In this document: positions 18,833 through 27,869 of the stretch, one piece after another | Layout of the letters: each line of letters begins with the position of its first letter | How positions within the stretch are numbered: the stretch's first letter is position 1 | DNA from: Planctomycetota bacterium | GTDB lineage: Bacteria; Planctomycetota; UBA8108; SXIK01 | Direction: 5' to 3' | Length of the DNA: 64,000 bases | NCBI GenBank assembly: GCA_965223265.1 | Contig: OZ244999.1 | Location: 3,904,001 to 3,968,000 of the forward strand | Position numbers and translations under genes: made by a program | The notes under the pieces: generated by a model | The model's input: only the letters and a program-made list of their open reading frames with translations | What the model was told of the DNA's origin: nothing | Databases searched by the model: none

Positions 18833-18921
18833 CGGGTGGAAGTGGAGCCCTGAAACGGCCGCGGGGGCACAGGCGAGCGAGAAAAAAATGAAGTTCATGC
18901 GCCGTTTCAGGGAATCTTTTT
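18833..18921 (+). ncRNA. Candidate sigma-54-dependent small RNA (RNA-B, about 90 nt)
   Basis: Perfect 12-bp stem CCCTGAAACGGC (18848-18859) / GCCGTTTCAGGG (18901-18912) enclosing a 41-nt purine-rich loop, followed by AATCTTTTT; the 3' arm overlaps the activator stop codon in antisense. Confidence 0.55.
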
Positions 18922-21900
18922 GGAAACCCCTTCCTCAGAACCCTCGGGTTCTGCGGGCTCGAAACCGCGTCCCGGCGTGGACGGTCGAAGTTCGTGCTTG
19001 GCGATCAGCTGGCGCAAATAGCGTTCACTGATCCCGAGTGCGTGCGCGGCTTGGGGGACGTTTCCGTCAAACTCGTGGAGTGCGTCGAGAGCCAGCTGGC
19101 GCTCGGTCTCAAGACGTGCCTCTTTGAGCGTCGGAAGCTGTCTGGACGTCGACTCGCTCTGCAAAGGGACGCGGGGAGCCCGTATCACTTCTGGAGTCAC
19201 CTCGGCAGGCTGCTGGAGAAGCAGTCGAACGAGTTCGTTTTCAAGCTCGCGGACATTGCCGGGCCAGTCGTACTGCTGCCACAGCGTCAACACCTCGGGG
19301 TGTACAGCTGGGGACGGCGTGCCATGTTGAGCGCTGAGGTCTGCGATCAACAGGTTAACCAGCTCCGGAAGATCTTCGCGCCGCTGCCGCAAGGGCGGCA
19401 CGGTGAGCACCTCGCCGCTGAGGCGGTAGAAGAGATCCGATCGCAGTGTGGTACCGCTGGCCAAAACGCTGAGCGGCTGGCGACTGGAGGCTAACAGGCG
19501 AAAACTCACATCACGGTTCGAAGTGGCCCCGACTGGTCGCACGCGCCGGTCTTCGAGAACCTTCAAGATCTTTGCCTGAAGCGGCGCCGGAAACTCGGTA
19601 ACCTCATCGAGATACACGCTGCCGCCAGCCACCTGCTCAAAGATTCCGGGGCGATCCGCCGCCGCGCCGGTAAAGCTACCCCGCGCGAAGCCGAAGAGCT
19701 CCGCCTCGATCAAATTCTCCGATAGGTTGCAGACCTCGCTGAAGAACGGCAGTTCCCGGCGGCCGCCGAGCGCGTGGATCGCTCGCGCCACCAGGTCTTT
19801 CCCCGTCCCGCTCTCCCCGACGATGAGCACCGGAAGGTCGTGCTGAGCTACCCGCGAGACTCCATCGAGAAGCTCTTGCATGCGAGGAGAGCGACCGACG
19901 AGACGTCTTAACCACCCGCCGCCGGCAAGGACGCTCGTCTCCAGCTCACGCGTGGCACACTGCAGCTCCCGTCGCTGAGTCAACAGCTCAGTTTCAAGGT
20001 CCGACCGGCCGCTGGCAAGCATCTCGTTCAAGCGTCGCAGCTCATCCTCAGCTCGCGCCAACGCTGACTCCCGTTCGCGTAGGTTACTGCGCGTCGCGTG
20101 ATGCGACAGCACAGAACCAACAAGCAGGCCAGCAAGCAGGCAGGATCGACGCGTCTCAGGGTGCAGGGCGAGCTCTTCGCCGCCAAACTCGAAAACGACC
20201 TCGCGGCCGCGGATCCACTCTGTCGAGACGAATCGGCCACAGGTCTCAACGTCGCCTGACTCACGAGACGAGGCCCCACCACAGTGCTGCGCGAAGCGGC
20301 GCCAGTCCGCCGCCGGGGGCGCCGAGTACTCCAGACGACGCTCAGAACGACCGCCTGAGAAGACGAAGACAGCAGACGCTGCTAACCGCTGCTTCAGTCC
20401 GTCGAGAAAACCCTCAATTTCCGCCGCGCCCACGGAGTCGGGGAGAACTGTAGCTGCGAAGAGCGATGAGATCTCGGACGAGAGATTCGTTGCGGCGTCG
20501 GATCGGCTCGCGACGGCGCCCACGGCGCGCGGTGGCGTAGCATTCGTCAGCCCCCAAAACGTCTCAAAATCCGCTCGATCGGAATCGATCAGCCTCTGAG
20601 CGAGTCTCTGCCCAACTGTGAACTTCAGCCACTCCACTCGCCGTTGCACATCCGATGCCAGTCGGCGTCCTTCGACGAGCGCATGAGTGACAACGAACGC
20701 TTCCCACACATCCCCACGGGCAACGCCTGCCTGCAGCGCTCGAGTTAACTCCTCTCCTACAGACCCCGCGTCTCCTTCGAAGGACATCGCACCCGATAGC
20801 AAGGCCACGACGTCACGAGTCAACGCTTCGCGCTCCATCTCACTCAGCTCGCTGCGACGCCGCAGCCAACTGCGCGCAAAGTGACGTCGACCGCGGCTTA
20901 CGAGATAGAGCAGGAGGTTCAGCTGGCCAATGCGCAGATGGGTCAAGTCGTTTGTTGCTCGACTGGCGGCGATCCCTCGTCGCAAGTATTTGACCGCGAG
21001 CGACTCGTTCCCCGCAACGAGCTCGAGCTGGCCGAGGCTGAGCGCACTGTAGCCAACGCCGCGCAAATCTCCGGCAATTTCGGCCGCTTGTAACGAGGAC
21101 TCGATCAAACTTCTTCCTTCGTTGAGCGCGCCGCAGCCCCACTGGACTCGACCTGAAAGACACCGTGTGAGTCGCTCGAGAAAAACACTGGAGATGTCGG
21201 CGGCGCGGCGAGAGGCGGCGGCGCAGTGCCGCCGCGCCTTGCGTAAGTGTCCGAGATTCAGATAAATCTCACCGAGATTGTTGTGCGCCAAGACGAGATC
21301 GTTCGGACGCGTTGCAACGGTGGGGCGCAGGACGCGCTTGTAGAGTCTCATCGCGTCCAATAGTCGACCGCGCTCCCTCAAGACTCCCGCGAACCCAAGC
21401 CAGACAGTGGTCACCAAGGTGTGTCGACCGATCTCATCCGACAACGCACGTGCGCGATGAAAGAGCGATTCCGCTTCGTCAAGCTCGCGCCGTCGATAGT
21501 GAATCACAGCTCGATTGTAAACCGCACGCAGCGCTAAGACCCGGTCGCCCCGTCCACGTGCCAGTTCCTCGAGCTCTCTAAAGGACTCTTGCGCTTCATT
21601 CCACCTGCGTTTCTTGACATGAAGAATGCCGAGCTCGTTGAGCGCTGAACTCAGCACGTCGGGACGCCCGCTTTGACGCACCTCTTCAAGGTTGTGAGCC
21701 AAGGCTTCGACGAAGGGGCCGTCGTCACCATGGACTCCGAGGGCTTCAGCGTACAAGAAGAGCGTCCGGGTCCCTGAGAGCTGGCGGAGAGCTGGCGGCA
21801 GCCCCGAGAAGAGACGCAAAAACTCACTAGCTTTCTCCAGATGATGGGCGCCGCTGTCGACGTCACCGAGCGCAAAGCAAGTCGGGGCTAGTCGCGCATG

Positions 21901-24237
21901 CCACTCGTGAGCCGCGAGTCTCTCAATCAGCGCGTCGCCGCGCGCACACTCACGTTCCAGCGCGTCCTCCAGTACATCGTGCGCCTCCGCCGTGCGCCCG
22001 TTTGCACGCAGCGCTTCGAACGCGAGGCGAGCCGCCTGCCGTTGAAACCAAACTGGCGAGATGCGATCGCGATCCAAGGCCGTCAACACGTCGTCGAATC
22101 GGGACAGACGAAAGTAAGCTTGCGCCAATCGCAGTCGGAGAACAAACGACCGCCCGTCTGTCGTCGCCTGAAGCGCGTCACGACCACCGCAGCGCTCCGT
22201 CGCCGCAACGAACTCGGCGTCCAATTGGCGATGCAAAAGCCTCGAGGCGACTCGGCTGAGCTGCCGCATTGCGGCCTTAGGTGCTCCGAGCGCGGCAGTG
22301 TTTTCTGCATAGATCAGAAGCTCTCGACATGAGAGGTGCCGCGTCGCGCCCGGCTTGGGTTGAAAGTAGGTCGCGATTTGCTGGCGCAGACGCAACCATT
22401 CCTTCGGCTCAAGCAACTCCGCATGCTCGGAAACGCGCACGGTCGCCTCAAACTCCGGACGCTCGGGAGTGCCGACCAGCCGACAGACACCGTGAGCGCG
22501 CAGCGAATCAAGAGACGAGCGCCAATCCAGAGAGGTCTCGTGTGGAAAGTATTCGATCAACTGTTCGAGCGTCGCACGTTCACGTACGAGCAGCAGTGCA
22601 CCCAACACGACTTTCTCAGCTTTCGACAGAGACTCGGCGAGGGACGTCTCCACGTTGACGAGTCGGTCAGGAAGCTCTCGAGGTACGCGAAGATGTCCGA
22701 ATGAGTCGACCTGCAGCCCGAGCTGCTCTAGCCGAGCCAACGCCTGAAAGACGCGCTGTGGTAGTCCTTCTGACTCAGCCTCGAGACGCTTTATGAGCCA
22801 ATCAGGAGCCTCGTCGACAAGAAAGAACTCGCGCACGATAGCGCGGATCTCCGCCGATCCAAGAGGATCGAGATGAAGTATCTGGACTCCTGCGGGCGGC
22901 GCAGCAGCAGTGGCGAGAGCGCGCGCCAAATTCTTCGTCGCAATGAGCAACCGCGGCGATTTACGGTTCCCATCGAAGCGCTGACGGGAGGCAACCGCGC
23001 GAACGAACAAACGAGCCGGCGAGTTCGAAGGATCGTCCGAAGCTGAATCCTTCGACGAAGCGTCGAACACGTCACTCAGTAAAATGACCACGGATCTCTT
23101 GCGAAGACGCAGAAGCACGTCAGCAACGTCATCCTCTTTCGACGACAAACTCGACGATGGCGAAGGTTCATCGAGCTCACCAGCGAAACGCTGCACGGCA
23201 CGGAAGGTCTCCACGTCGTCCCAATGCTTGAAAGAAAAGACATGTAGACCTTCCATCTGAAGGCGGCCCGCGATCGCTTCAAGAAAAGCTCCGTGGCCAC
23301 TTCCTTCCGGTCCGACGACCAGATGCACTCGATCGGCGACCTCCACGACACGTCGCGCGCAGCTCGGGACGAGCGCTGCACGCCCGGCGAACCACAGATG
23401 TTGACGCCACTCCCCGCCGGTCGTCGTTCGACGCACGGCAACTCGCTCCTGCAGAACGTCGAGTGCCTCCCTCGCCCTCAGGAAGCGGCGAGGCCCAGAC
23501 ACGCTCGTCAGTCGCTCGACCAGGTCATTCAGTACGGGCGAGACGTCGTGAATGATTTGACGAAGCTGCGCCGGCCGACCAGCACGATGCCACTGCTCAA
23601 GGCCCGCACGATCGCCAAGTCGAAACGGAAGCCGCGCTGCGACCACGTGATAGAGCGACATACCGAGCGCGTAAAGATCGAGGTTCACATCACCGGCATC
23701 GACACGTGCTCGGTCCGGCTGGTACGCCGGGGTACCGCCGGCGACGGCGGCTTCGTTCATGCGATAGTGCTGCGACGTACCGAAGTCGATGAGACGCAGA
23801 CGCCCCTGCGGCGATTCGTTCGAAGTCTGGACGAGAAGGTTGGTCGGTTTCACGTCATGGTGCAGGATACCCCGGTGATCCAGATAGGCGAGCGCCGCGA
23901 GCGCGTCCGCCGCAATCTGAAGAATCCACTGCTCCCGCGCGCTCGCATCGACCCTTTGGAACGCCTGAAAAAGGTTTCCGCCGCCCACATAGTCGCTGGT
24001 GTAGTACGGGCCTGTCGACGTTTCTCCGTAGTCATGGACTCGTGCGATGTTCGGGTGAAACAGGTCGAAGAGCGTCGCGAATTCGGCAGCAAGGGCGGAC
24101 GCAGGAAACGCGAGATTGCGGAGGCGCTTCAGAGCCACGGGGGTGTTGGCTCGTTCTCGATCGAGCGCCAGAAACACCTCACCGTGCGCCCCGCCACCCA
24201 AAGATTTCACGATGTTGTAACGACGTGGGAGGCTCAT
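18907..24237 (-). CDS. Ser/Thr kinase - TPR - sigma-54 enhancer-binding protein (AAA+, Fis-type HTH) fusion
   Basis: LGGGAHGEV, VALK, HHDVKPTN, IDFG; degenerate P-loop GPEGSG; TPRs; GESGTGKD, ELFG...GSFTGA, YLDEV, DLFYRL, WPGNVREL; C-terminal AA..LGIS HTH. Confidence 0.92.
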   Translation of the reverse strand: MSLPRRYNIVKSLGGGAHGEVFLALDRERANTPVALKRLRNLAFPASALAAEFATLFDLFHPNIARVHDYGETSTGPYYTSDYVGGGNLFQAFQRVDASAREQWILQIAADALAALAYLDHRGILHHDVKPTNLLVQTSNESPQGRLRLIDFGTSQHYRMNEAAVAGGTPAYQPDRARVDAGDVNLDLYALGMSLYHVVAARLPFRLGDRAGLEQWHRAGRPAQLRQIIHDVSPVLNDLVERLTSVSGPRRFLRAREALDVLQERVAVRRTTTGGEWRQHLWFAGRAALVPSCARRVVEVADRVHLVVGPEGSGHGAFLEAIAGRLQMEGLHVFSFKHWDDVETFRAVQRFAGELDEPSPSSSLSSKEDDVADVLLRLRKRSVVILLSDVFDASSKDSASDDPSNSPARLFVRAVASRQRFDGNRKSPRLLIATKNLARALATAAAPPAGVQILHLDPLGSAEIRAIVREFFLVDEAPDWLIKRLEAESEGLPQRVFQALARLEQLGLQVDSFGHLRVPRELPDRLVNVETSLAESLSKAEKVVLGALLLVRERATLEQLIEYFPHETSLDWRSSLDSLRAHGVCRLVGTPERPEFEATVRVSEHAELLEPKEWLRLRQQIATYFQPKPGATRHLSCRELLIYAENTAALGAPKAAMRQLSRVASRLLHRQLDAEFVAATERCGGRDALQATTDGRSFVLRLRLAQAYFRLSRFDDVLTALDRDRISPVWFQRQAARLAFEALRANGRTAEAHDVLEDALERECARGDALIERLAAHEWHARLAPTCFALGDVDSGAHHLEKASEFLRLFSGLPPALRQLSGTRTLFLYAEALGVHGDDGPFVEALAHNLEEVRQSGRPDVLSSALNELGILHVKKRRWNEAQESFRELEELARGRGDRVLALRAVYNRAVIHYRRRELDEAESLFHRARALSDEIGRHTLVTTVWLGFAGVLRERGRLLDAMRLYKRVLRPTVATRPNDLVLAHNNLGEIYLNLGHLRKARRHCAAASRRAADISSVFLERLTRCLSGRVQWGCGALNEGRSLIESSLQAAEIAGDLRGVGYSALSLGQLELVAGNESLAVKYLRRGIAASRATNDLTHLRIGQLNLLLYLVSRGRRHFARSWLRRRSELSEMEREALTRDVVALLSGAMSFEGDAGSVGEELTRALQAGVARGDVWEAFVVTHALVEGRRLASDVQRRVEWLKFTVGQRLAQRLIDSDRADFETFWGLTNATPPRAVGAVASRSDAATNLSSEISSLFAATVLPDSVGAAEIEGFLDGLKQRLAASAVFVFSGGRSERRLEYSAPPAADWRRFAQHCGGASSRESGDVETCGRFVSTEWIRGREVVFEFGGEELALHPETRRSCLLAGLLVGSVLSHHATRSNLRERESALARAEDELRRLNEMLASGRSDLETELLTQRRELQCATRELETSVLAGGGWLRRLVGRSPRMQELLDGVSRVAQHDLPVLIVGESGTGKDLVARAIHALGGRRELPFFSEVCNLSENLIEAELFGFARGSFTGAAADRPGIFEQVAGGSVYLDEVTEFPAPLQAKILKVLEDRRVRPVGATSNRDVSFRLLASSRQPLSVLASGTTLRSDLFYRLSGEVLTVPPLRQRREDLPELVNLLIADLSAQHGTPSPAVHPEVLTLWQQYDWPGNVRELENELVRLLLQQPAEVTPEVIRAPRVPLQSESTSRQLPTLKEARLETERQLALDALHEFDGNVPQAAHALGISERYLRQLIAKHELRPSTPGRGFEPAEPEGSEEGVSKKIP

Positions 24238-24328
24238 TCGGATGACGCGCCGACCAGCAGAAACGAAAAACGCAGACTCCGCGTACGATTATACCAGCTC
24301 CATCCGCGTCGACCCGGCGAGCATCGGC

Positions 24329-25246
24329 TCAGTTGTTCGTCGTGCCGGCACCGGCGGTCTTCGCCGATCGCGCGTGAAAGAATTGCTGGGCCGACTCGAG
24401 AAACGCTCGCGCCGCGTGGGAGAGCCGCTTGTCCTTGCGATGCACGACAGCGGATCGAATGACGAGACGCTTGGATAGCGGCACAACGGCGAGACGATCT
24501 CGACTTGAGTCGACAGCGGTTTCAGGAATCAACGAGACTCCCAGCCCGATCTCCACGTAGCGTTTGATAATCTCGAAGTTGCTCAGCTCCATCGCTCCGA
24601 TAGTCGACACACCCGCGCCTTCAAGCCCTTCCACGATCAAACGCTTCGTCGCGCTACCGGGCTCAAGCATGATGAATCGTTCCTTGCGCAGCGCGCTGAA
24701 CGACACCTTCCGGCGATTCGCCAGCGCGTGGGTTGGCGCGACGATACAACACAGCCGCTGTTCAAAGAGCGGAAGGACTTCGAGCCGATCGTCATTGACC
24801 GGCATCGTCGCGATGCCAATGTCGACGGTGCGCCCCAGAACACGCTCAACGACACCGGAAGAAAACGTACTGGCGATCGTCACTTCGATGCCGGGATGCT
24901 CTCGGACAAAACTGCCGACGAGATCAGGCAACAGGTGAATGCTTGTCGTGTCGCTGGCGCCGAGCGACAGCCGCCCCCTGTCGAGGCTCTTGAGGTCATC
25001 GACCAACCTCTGGACCTCTTCCAACTTACCGACAACCTCGGCCGCCTCCCGCAGAAGAATCTCTCCAGCCGGGGTCAAGCGAATCGTTCGCCCTCGACGT
25101 TCGAAGAGCTGCTCACCGAGTTCTTTCTCGAGTGCCTTGACTTGCAAGCTAATCGCCGGCTGCGTCAGGTACAGCCGACCCGCCGCCTCCGTGAAGCTGC
25201 CACACTTCGCCACGTAGTAGAAGCCCTTGAGCTGATCGTACTCCAT
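24329..25246 (-). CDS. LysR-family transcriptional regulator
   Basis: MEYDQLKGF...SFTEAA..LYLTQPAISLQVKALE.ELG..LFER HTH; true start is ATG 25246 (the track ORF extension is spurious). Confidence 0.92.
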   Translation of the reverse strand: MEYDQLKGFYYVAKCGSFTEAAGRLYLTQPAISLQVKALEKELGEQLFERRGRTIRLTPAGEILLREAAEVVGKLEEVQRLVDDLKSLDRGRLSLGASDTTSIHLLPDLVGSFVREHPGIEVTIASTFSSGVVERVLGRTVDIGIATMPVNDDRLEVLPLFEQRLCCIVAPTHALANRRKVSFSALRKERFIMLEPGSATKRLIVEGLEGAGVSTIGAMELSNFEIIKRYVEIGLGVSLIPETAVDSSRDRLAVVPLSKRLVIRSAVVHRKDKRLSHAARAFLESAQQFFHARSAKTAGAGTTNN

Positions 25247-25721
25247 GTCCGTCCACCGATTGATCCTGTCGAGAAGATGCCACGCCCGCCCGGCGGACCC
25301 CCGCTCGGCGGCGCTCACCAAGCGTACGCCGGCGTGCAGCAGCCATTCTGCCAGACAAACGCAGCTGCTGAAAGACTCCCACGAAGAGCTCGCTCGGAGC
25401 GCCGCCCACGCTATGAGCGACGATGGGTCGCTGCCGACGCAGCGAGCGTCATCTTCTCGGTGAATAGAAACCCGCTTGACAGGGAAACCGCGGCGTCTGT
25501 CTACTGGCGCCGCTGACCGAGAGTTGCCGTTGGCGTCGGCGCGGCCAGACAATTCACCGGGATCGAACCCGCAAGCAAGCAACATGCGCCGCGGTGGCCA
25601 GAGAAAAGCAGCTCGGCGCGTGGAGTGTACGTGCACCCCCGCGTTCGAATCCGCCGACGTGCCGTTATTTCGCAACGCGAGGGCCTCGCGAACGCTCCCT
25701 GCGCCGATAAGATAGAGGTCC

Positions 25722-26810
25722 ATGATCGAATCGAATCTCCACAACGGCACGAATACGTCGGCCGTCGAAACCGCGCCCTCGGGCGACACAACGAACACCA
25801 AGCGCCGCGCTTTGATCACCGGCATCACGGGGCAGGACGGCTCCTATCTCGCGGAGTTCTTGTTGGGTCGAGGTTACACCGTCGCCGGACTGGTTCGGCG
25901 CCATAGTGAACCTCGCTTTCAGCGCATAACACACCTACTCGAACGGCTGGAGCTGATCGCCGGCGACGTCACCGACGCCAGCGCGGTACTGCGCGCCGTC
26001 GATTCATTTCGCCCGACAGAAATCTACAACCTCGCGGCACAATCGTCCGTGCCGGAGTCGTGGCGACAGCCCTACTTGACCGGTCAGGTCACTGGGCTCG
26101 GAGTGATGCACCTGCTGGAGGCGATTCGCAACGTCGACCCGTCGATCCGTTTTTACCAGGCGTCGTCGAGCGAGATGTTCGGCAATGCACCGCAGTCGCC
26201 GCAGCACGAACGGACGCCTTTTCGTCCTCGTTCTCCATATGGTGCCGCCAAAGTCTACGCCCATCACTTGACCGTGAACTACCGCGAAAGCTACGACCTC
26301 TACGCCGCTTGTGGCATCCTCTTCAACCACGAGTCGCCGCGACGAGGCATCGAGTTCGTCACCCGCAAGGTCACGCAGGCGGCAGCCAAGATCAAGCTGG
26401 GACACGAAACACGTCTGGCAATGGGAAACCTGGACGCCGAACGTGATTGGGGCTATGCCGGCGACTACGTTCGTGCTATGCACCTCATACTCCAGAATCC
26501 CGACCCTGACGACTTCGTCGTCGCGACAGGACAGTCGCACTCTGTGCGTGAACTTCTCGAAATCGCTTTTCGCCATGTTGGACTCGATTGGCAAGATCAT
26601 GTGGTGACAGATGCACGGTTTCTTCGGGCGACGGATGTCGACTGCCTGGTCGGTGATGCAGCGAAGGCGTGTGAGACCCTCGGGTGGACTCCGCGCCTCG
26701 GATTCGGGCGCATGATCGAAGGCATGGTGGACTACGATCTCGCCCTTCTAGCCCCGGATCAAGGGGATCCATTGAAGCTACAGCGGTTAGAAGACTTAGC
26801 AGCTTGTTGA
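25722..26810 (+). CDS. gmd: GDP-mannose 4,6-dehydratase
   Basis: ALITGITGQDGSYLA, YQASSSEMFG, PRSPYGAAK, LFNHESPRRG.EFVTRK. Confidence 0.95.
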   Translation: MIESNLHNGTNTSAVETAPSGDTTNTKRRALITGITGQDGSYLAEFLLGRGYTVAGLVRRHSEPRFQRITHLLERLELIAGDVTDASAVLRAVDSFRPTEIYNLAAQSSVPESWRQPYLTGQVTGLGVMHLLEAIRNVDPSIRFYQASSSEMFGNAPQSPQHERTPFRPRSPYGAAKVYAHHLTVNYRESYDLYAACGILFNHESPRRGIEFVTRKVTQAAAKIKLGHETRLAMGNLDAERDWGYAGDYVRAMHLILQNPDPDDFVVATGQSHSVRELLEIAFRHVGLDWQDHVVTDARFLRATDVDCLVGDAAKACETLGWTPRLGFGRMIEGMVDYDLALLAPDQGDPLKLQRLEDLAAC

Positions 26811-27009
26811 AGGAAATGCCTCGAGACAAAACTGGTCTCTTCGCGTCCATTGAGCTGCAGGCGACGGCGCCGACAGCTCCGCGACGCAAGGAGCCCCCTT
26901 CGGACACAGTAGATTGAAAAGTTGCGGCTAATTTGCCGAAGAAGTGAAGGAAGAGGTGGGCTACAGTTCGCCCAGTTCGTAGCAAGCCGCTTGCAAGAGG
27001 AGATCCCAC

Positions 27010-27783
27010 GTGTCGGAACCGGCGAAAGCTGCCGTTCTCGGCCTCGTCCAAGGCATCAGTGAATTCTTCCCGATCTCCTCGAGCGCGCACCTTCGCGCGC
27101 TTCGCGTCATTCTCGACTTTCAGGTCGAGGGCTTGGCATTCGACATCGCCGTGCACGTCGCAACCTTGGGGGCGGTGGTCGTCTATTTTCGACGCGAGAT
27201 TCTCTCGATCGCTCGCGGTCCGAAGGCAGTCCCTGTTGCGTTGCGCTTGGCCGCCGCTTCGATCCCGCTCTTTCTGATCGGCTACCTATTCGGCGGCCAC
27301 CGCGAGAGCCTCTCCCTCTGGGTCCTCGTCCTCTGCTGGCTCTTCTCTGGTACGTATCTGCTACTCCTCAAAGGAATCAAGGGCGATAAGAACTTCACGT
27401 CACTATCGTTGCCGCGCATAGCATTGATCGGGGTCGCGCAGTCGCTGGCTTTCTTCCCGGGGATGTCGCGCTCCGGCTCGACCATCGCGGCTGGCCTCCT
27501 CGTCGGGCTCAGCCGGGATCAGGCCGCAACCTTCTCGTTCCTTCTGGCCATCCCCGCAATTCTCGGGGCCGGCGCCTATCAAACCCTGAAATTCGTCCGC
27601 GACGATGCAGACACTGGCTCCCTCGGCTTGGCGCTCGGCATTGCCATGCCGGTGGCCTTCGTCGTCGGCCTGCTCGCCATCCACCTCCTCCTCCGCATGG
27701 TCCGCGGGAACGCGTTCTATCGCTTCGGCTACTACAATCTCGCCGCAGCCATGGCGTTCGCGAGCTATTTGGTCTGGTCCTGA
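27010..27783 (+). CDS. uppP: Undecaprenyl-diphosphate phosphatase
   Basis: QGISEFFPISSSAH and PGMSRSG.T motifs; multi-TM. Confidence 0.93.
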   Translation: MSEPAKAAVLGLVQGISEFFPISSSAHLRALRVILDFQVEGLAFDIAVHVATLGAVVVYFRREILSIARGPKAVPVALRLAAASIPLFLIGYLFGGHRESLSLWVLVLCWLFSGTYLLLLKGIKGDKNFTSLSLPRIALIGVAQSLAFFPGMSRSGSTIAAGLLVGLSRDQAATFSFLLAIPAILGAGAYQTLKFVRDDADTGSLGLALGIAMPVAFVVGLLAIHLLLRMVRGNAFYRFGYYNLAAAMAFASYLVWS

Positions 27784-27869
27784 CCTAACCTAACCTCGAG
27801 TTTGGCCGTTTCGCGCCGGCCTGACCGGACGAGTGTGCCGGATTCAAAGGCCTTTCTAAATTCTTCGTT

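Noticed and set aside
23293-24462. Long antisense ORFs (e.g. 23293-24462 +, 61950-63290 +, 54650-55606 -)
   Set aside because: Shadow ORFs opposite well-supported genes, as expected in GC-rich DNA.
25247-25828. 194-codon extension of the LysR ORF
   Set aside because: It overlaps gmd in antisense; the HTH begins at MEYDQLK (25246).
26980-26995. TAGCAAGCCGCTTGCA, a sigma-54-like and palindromic site before uppP
   Set aside because: The invariant -24 GG is AG; not enough support to call.
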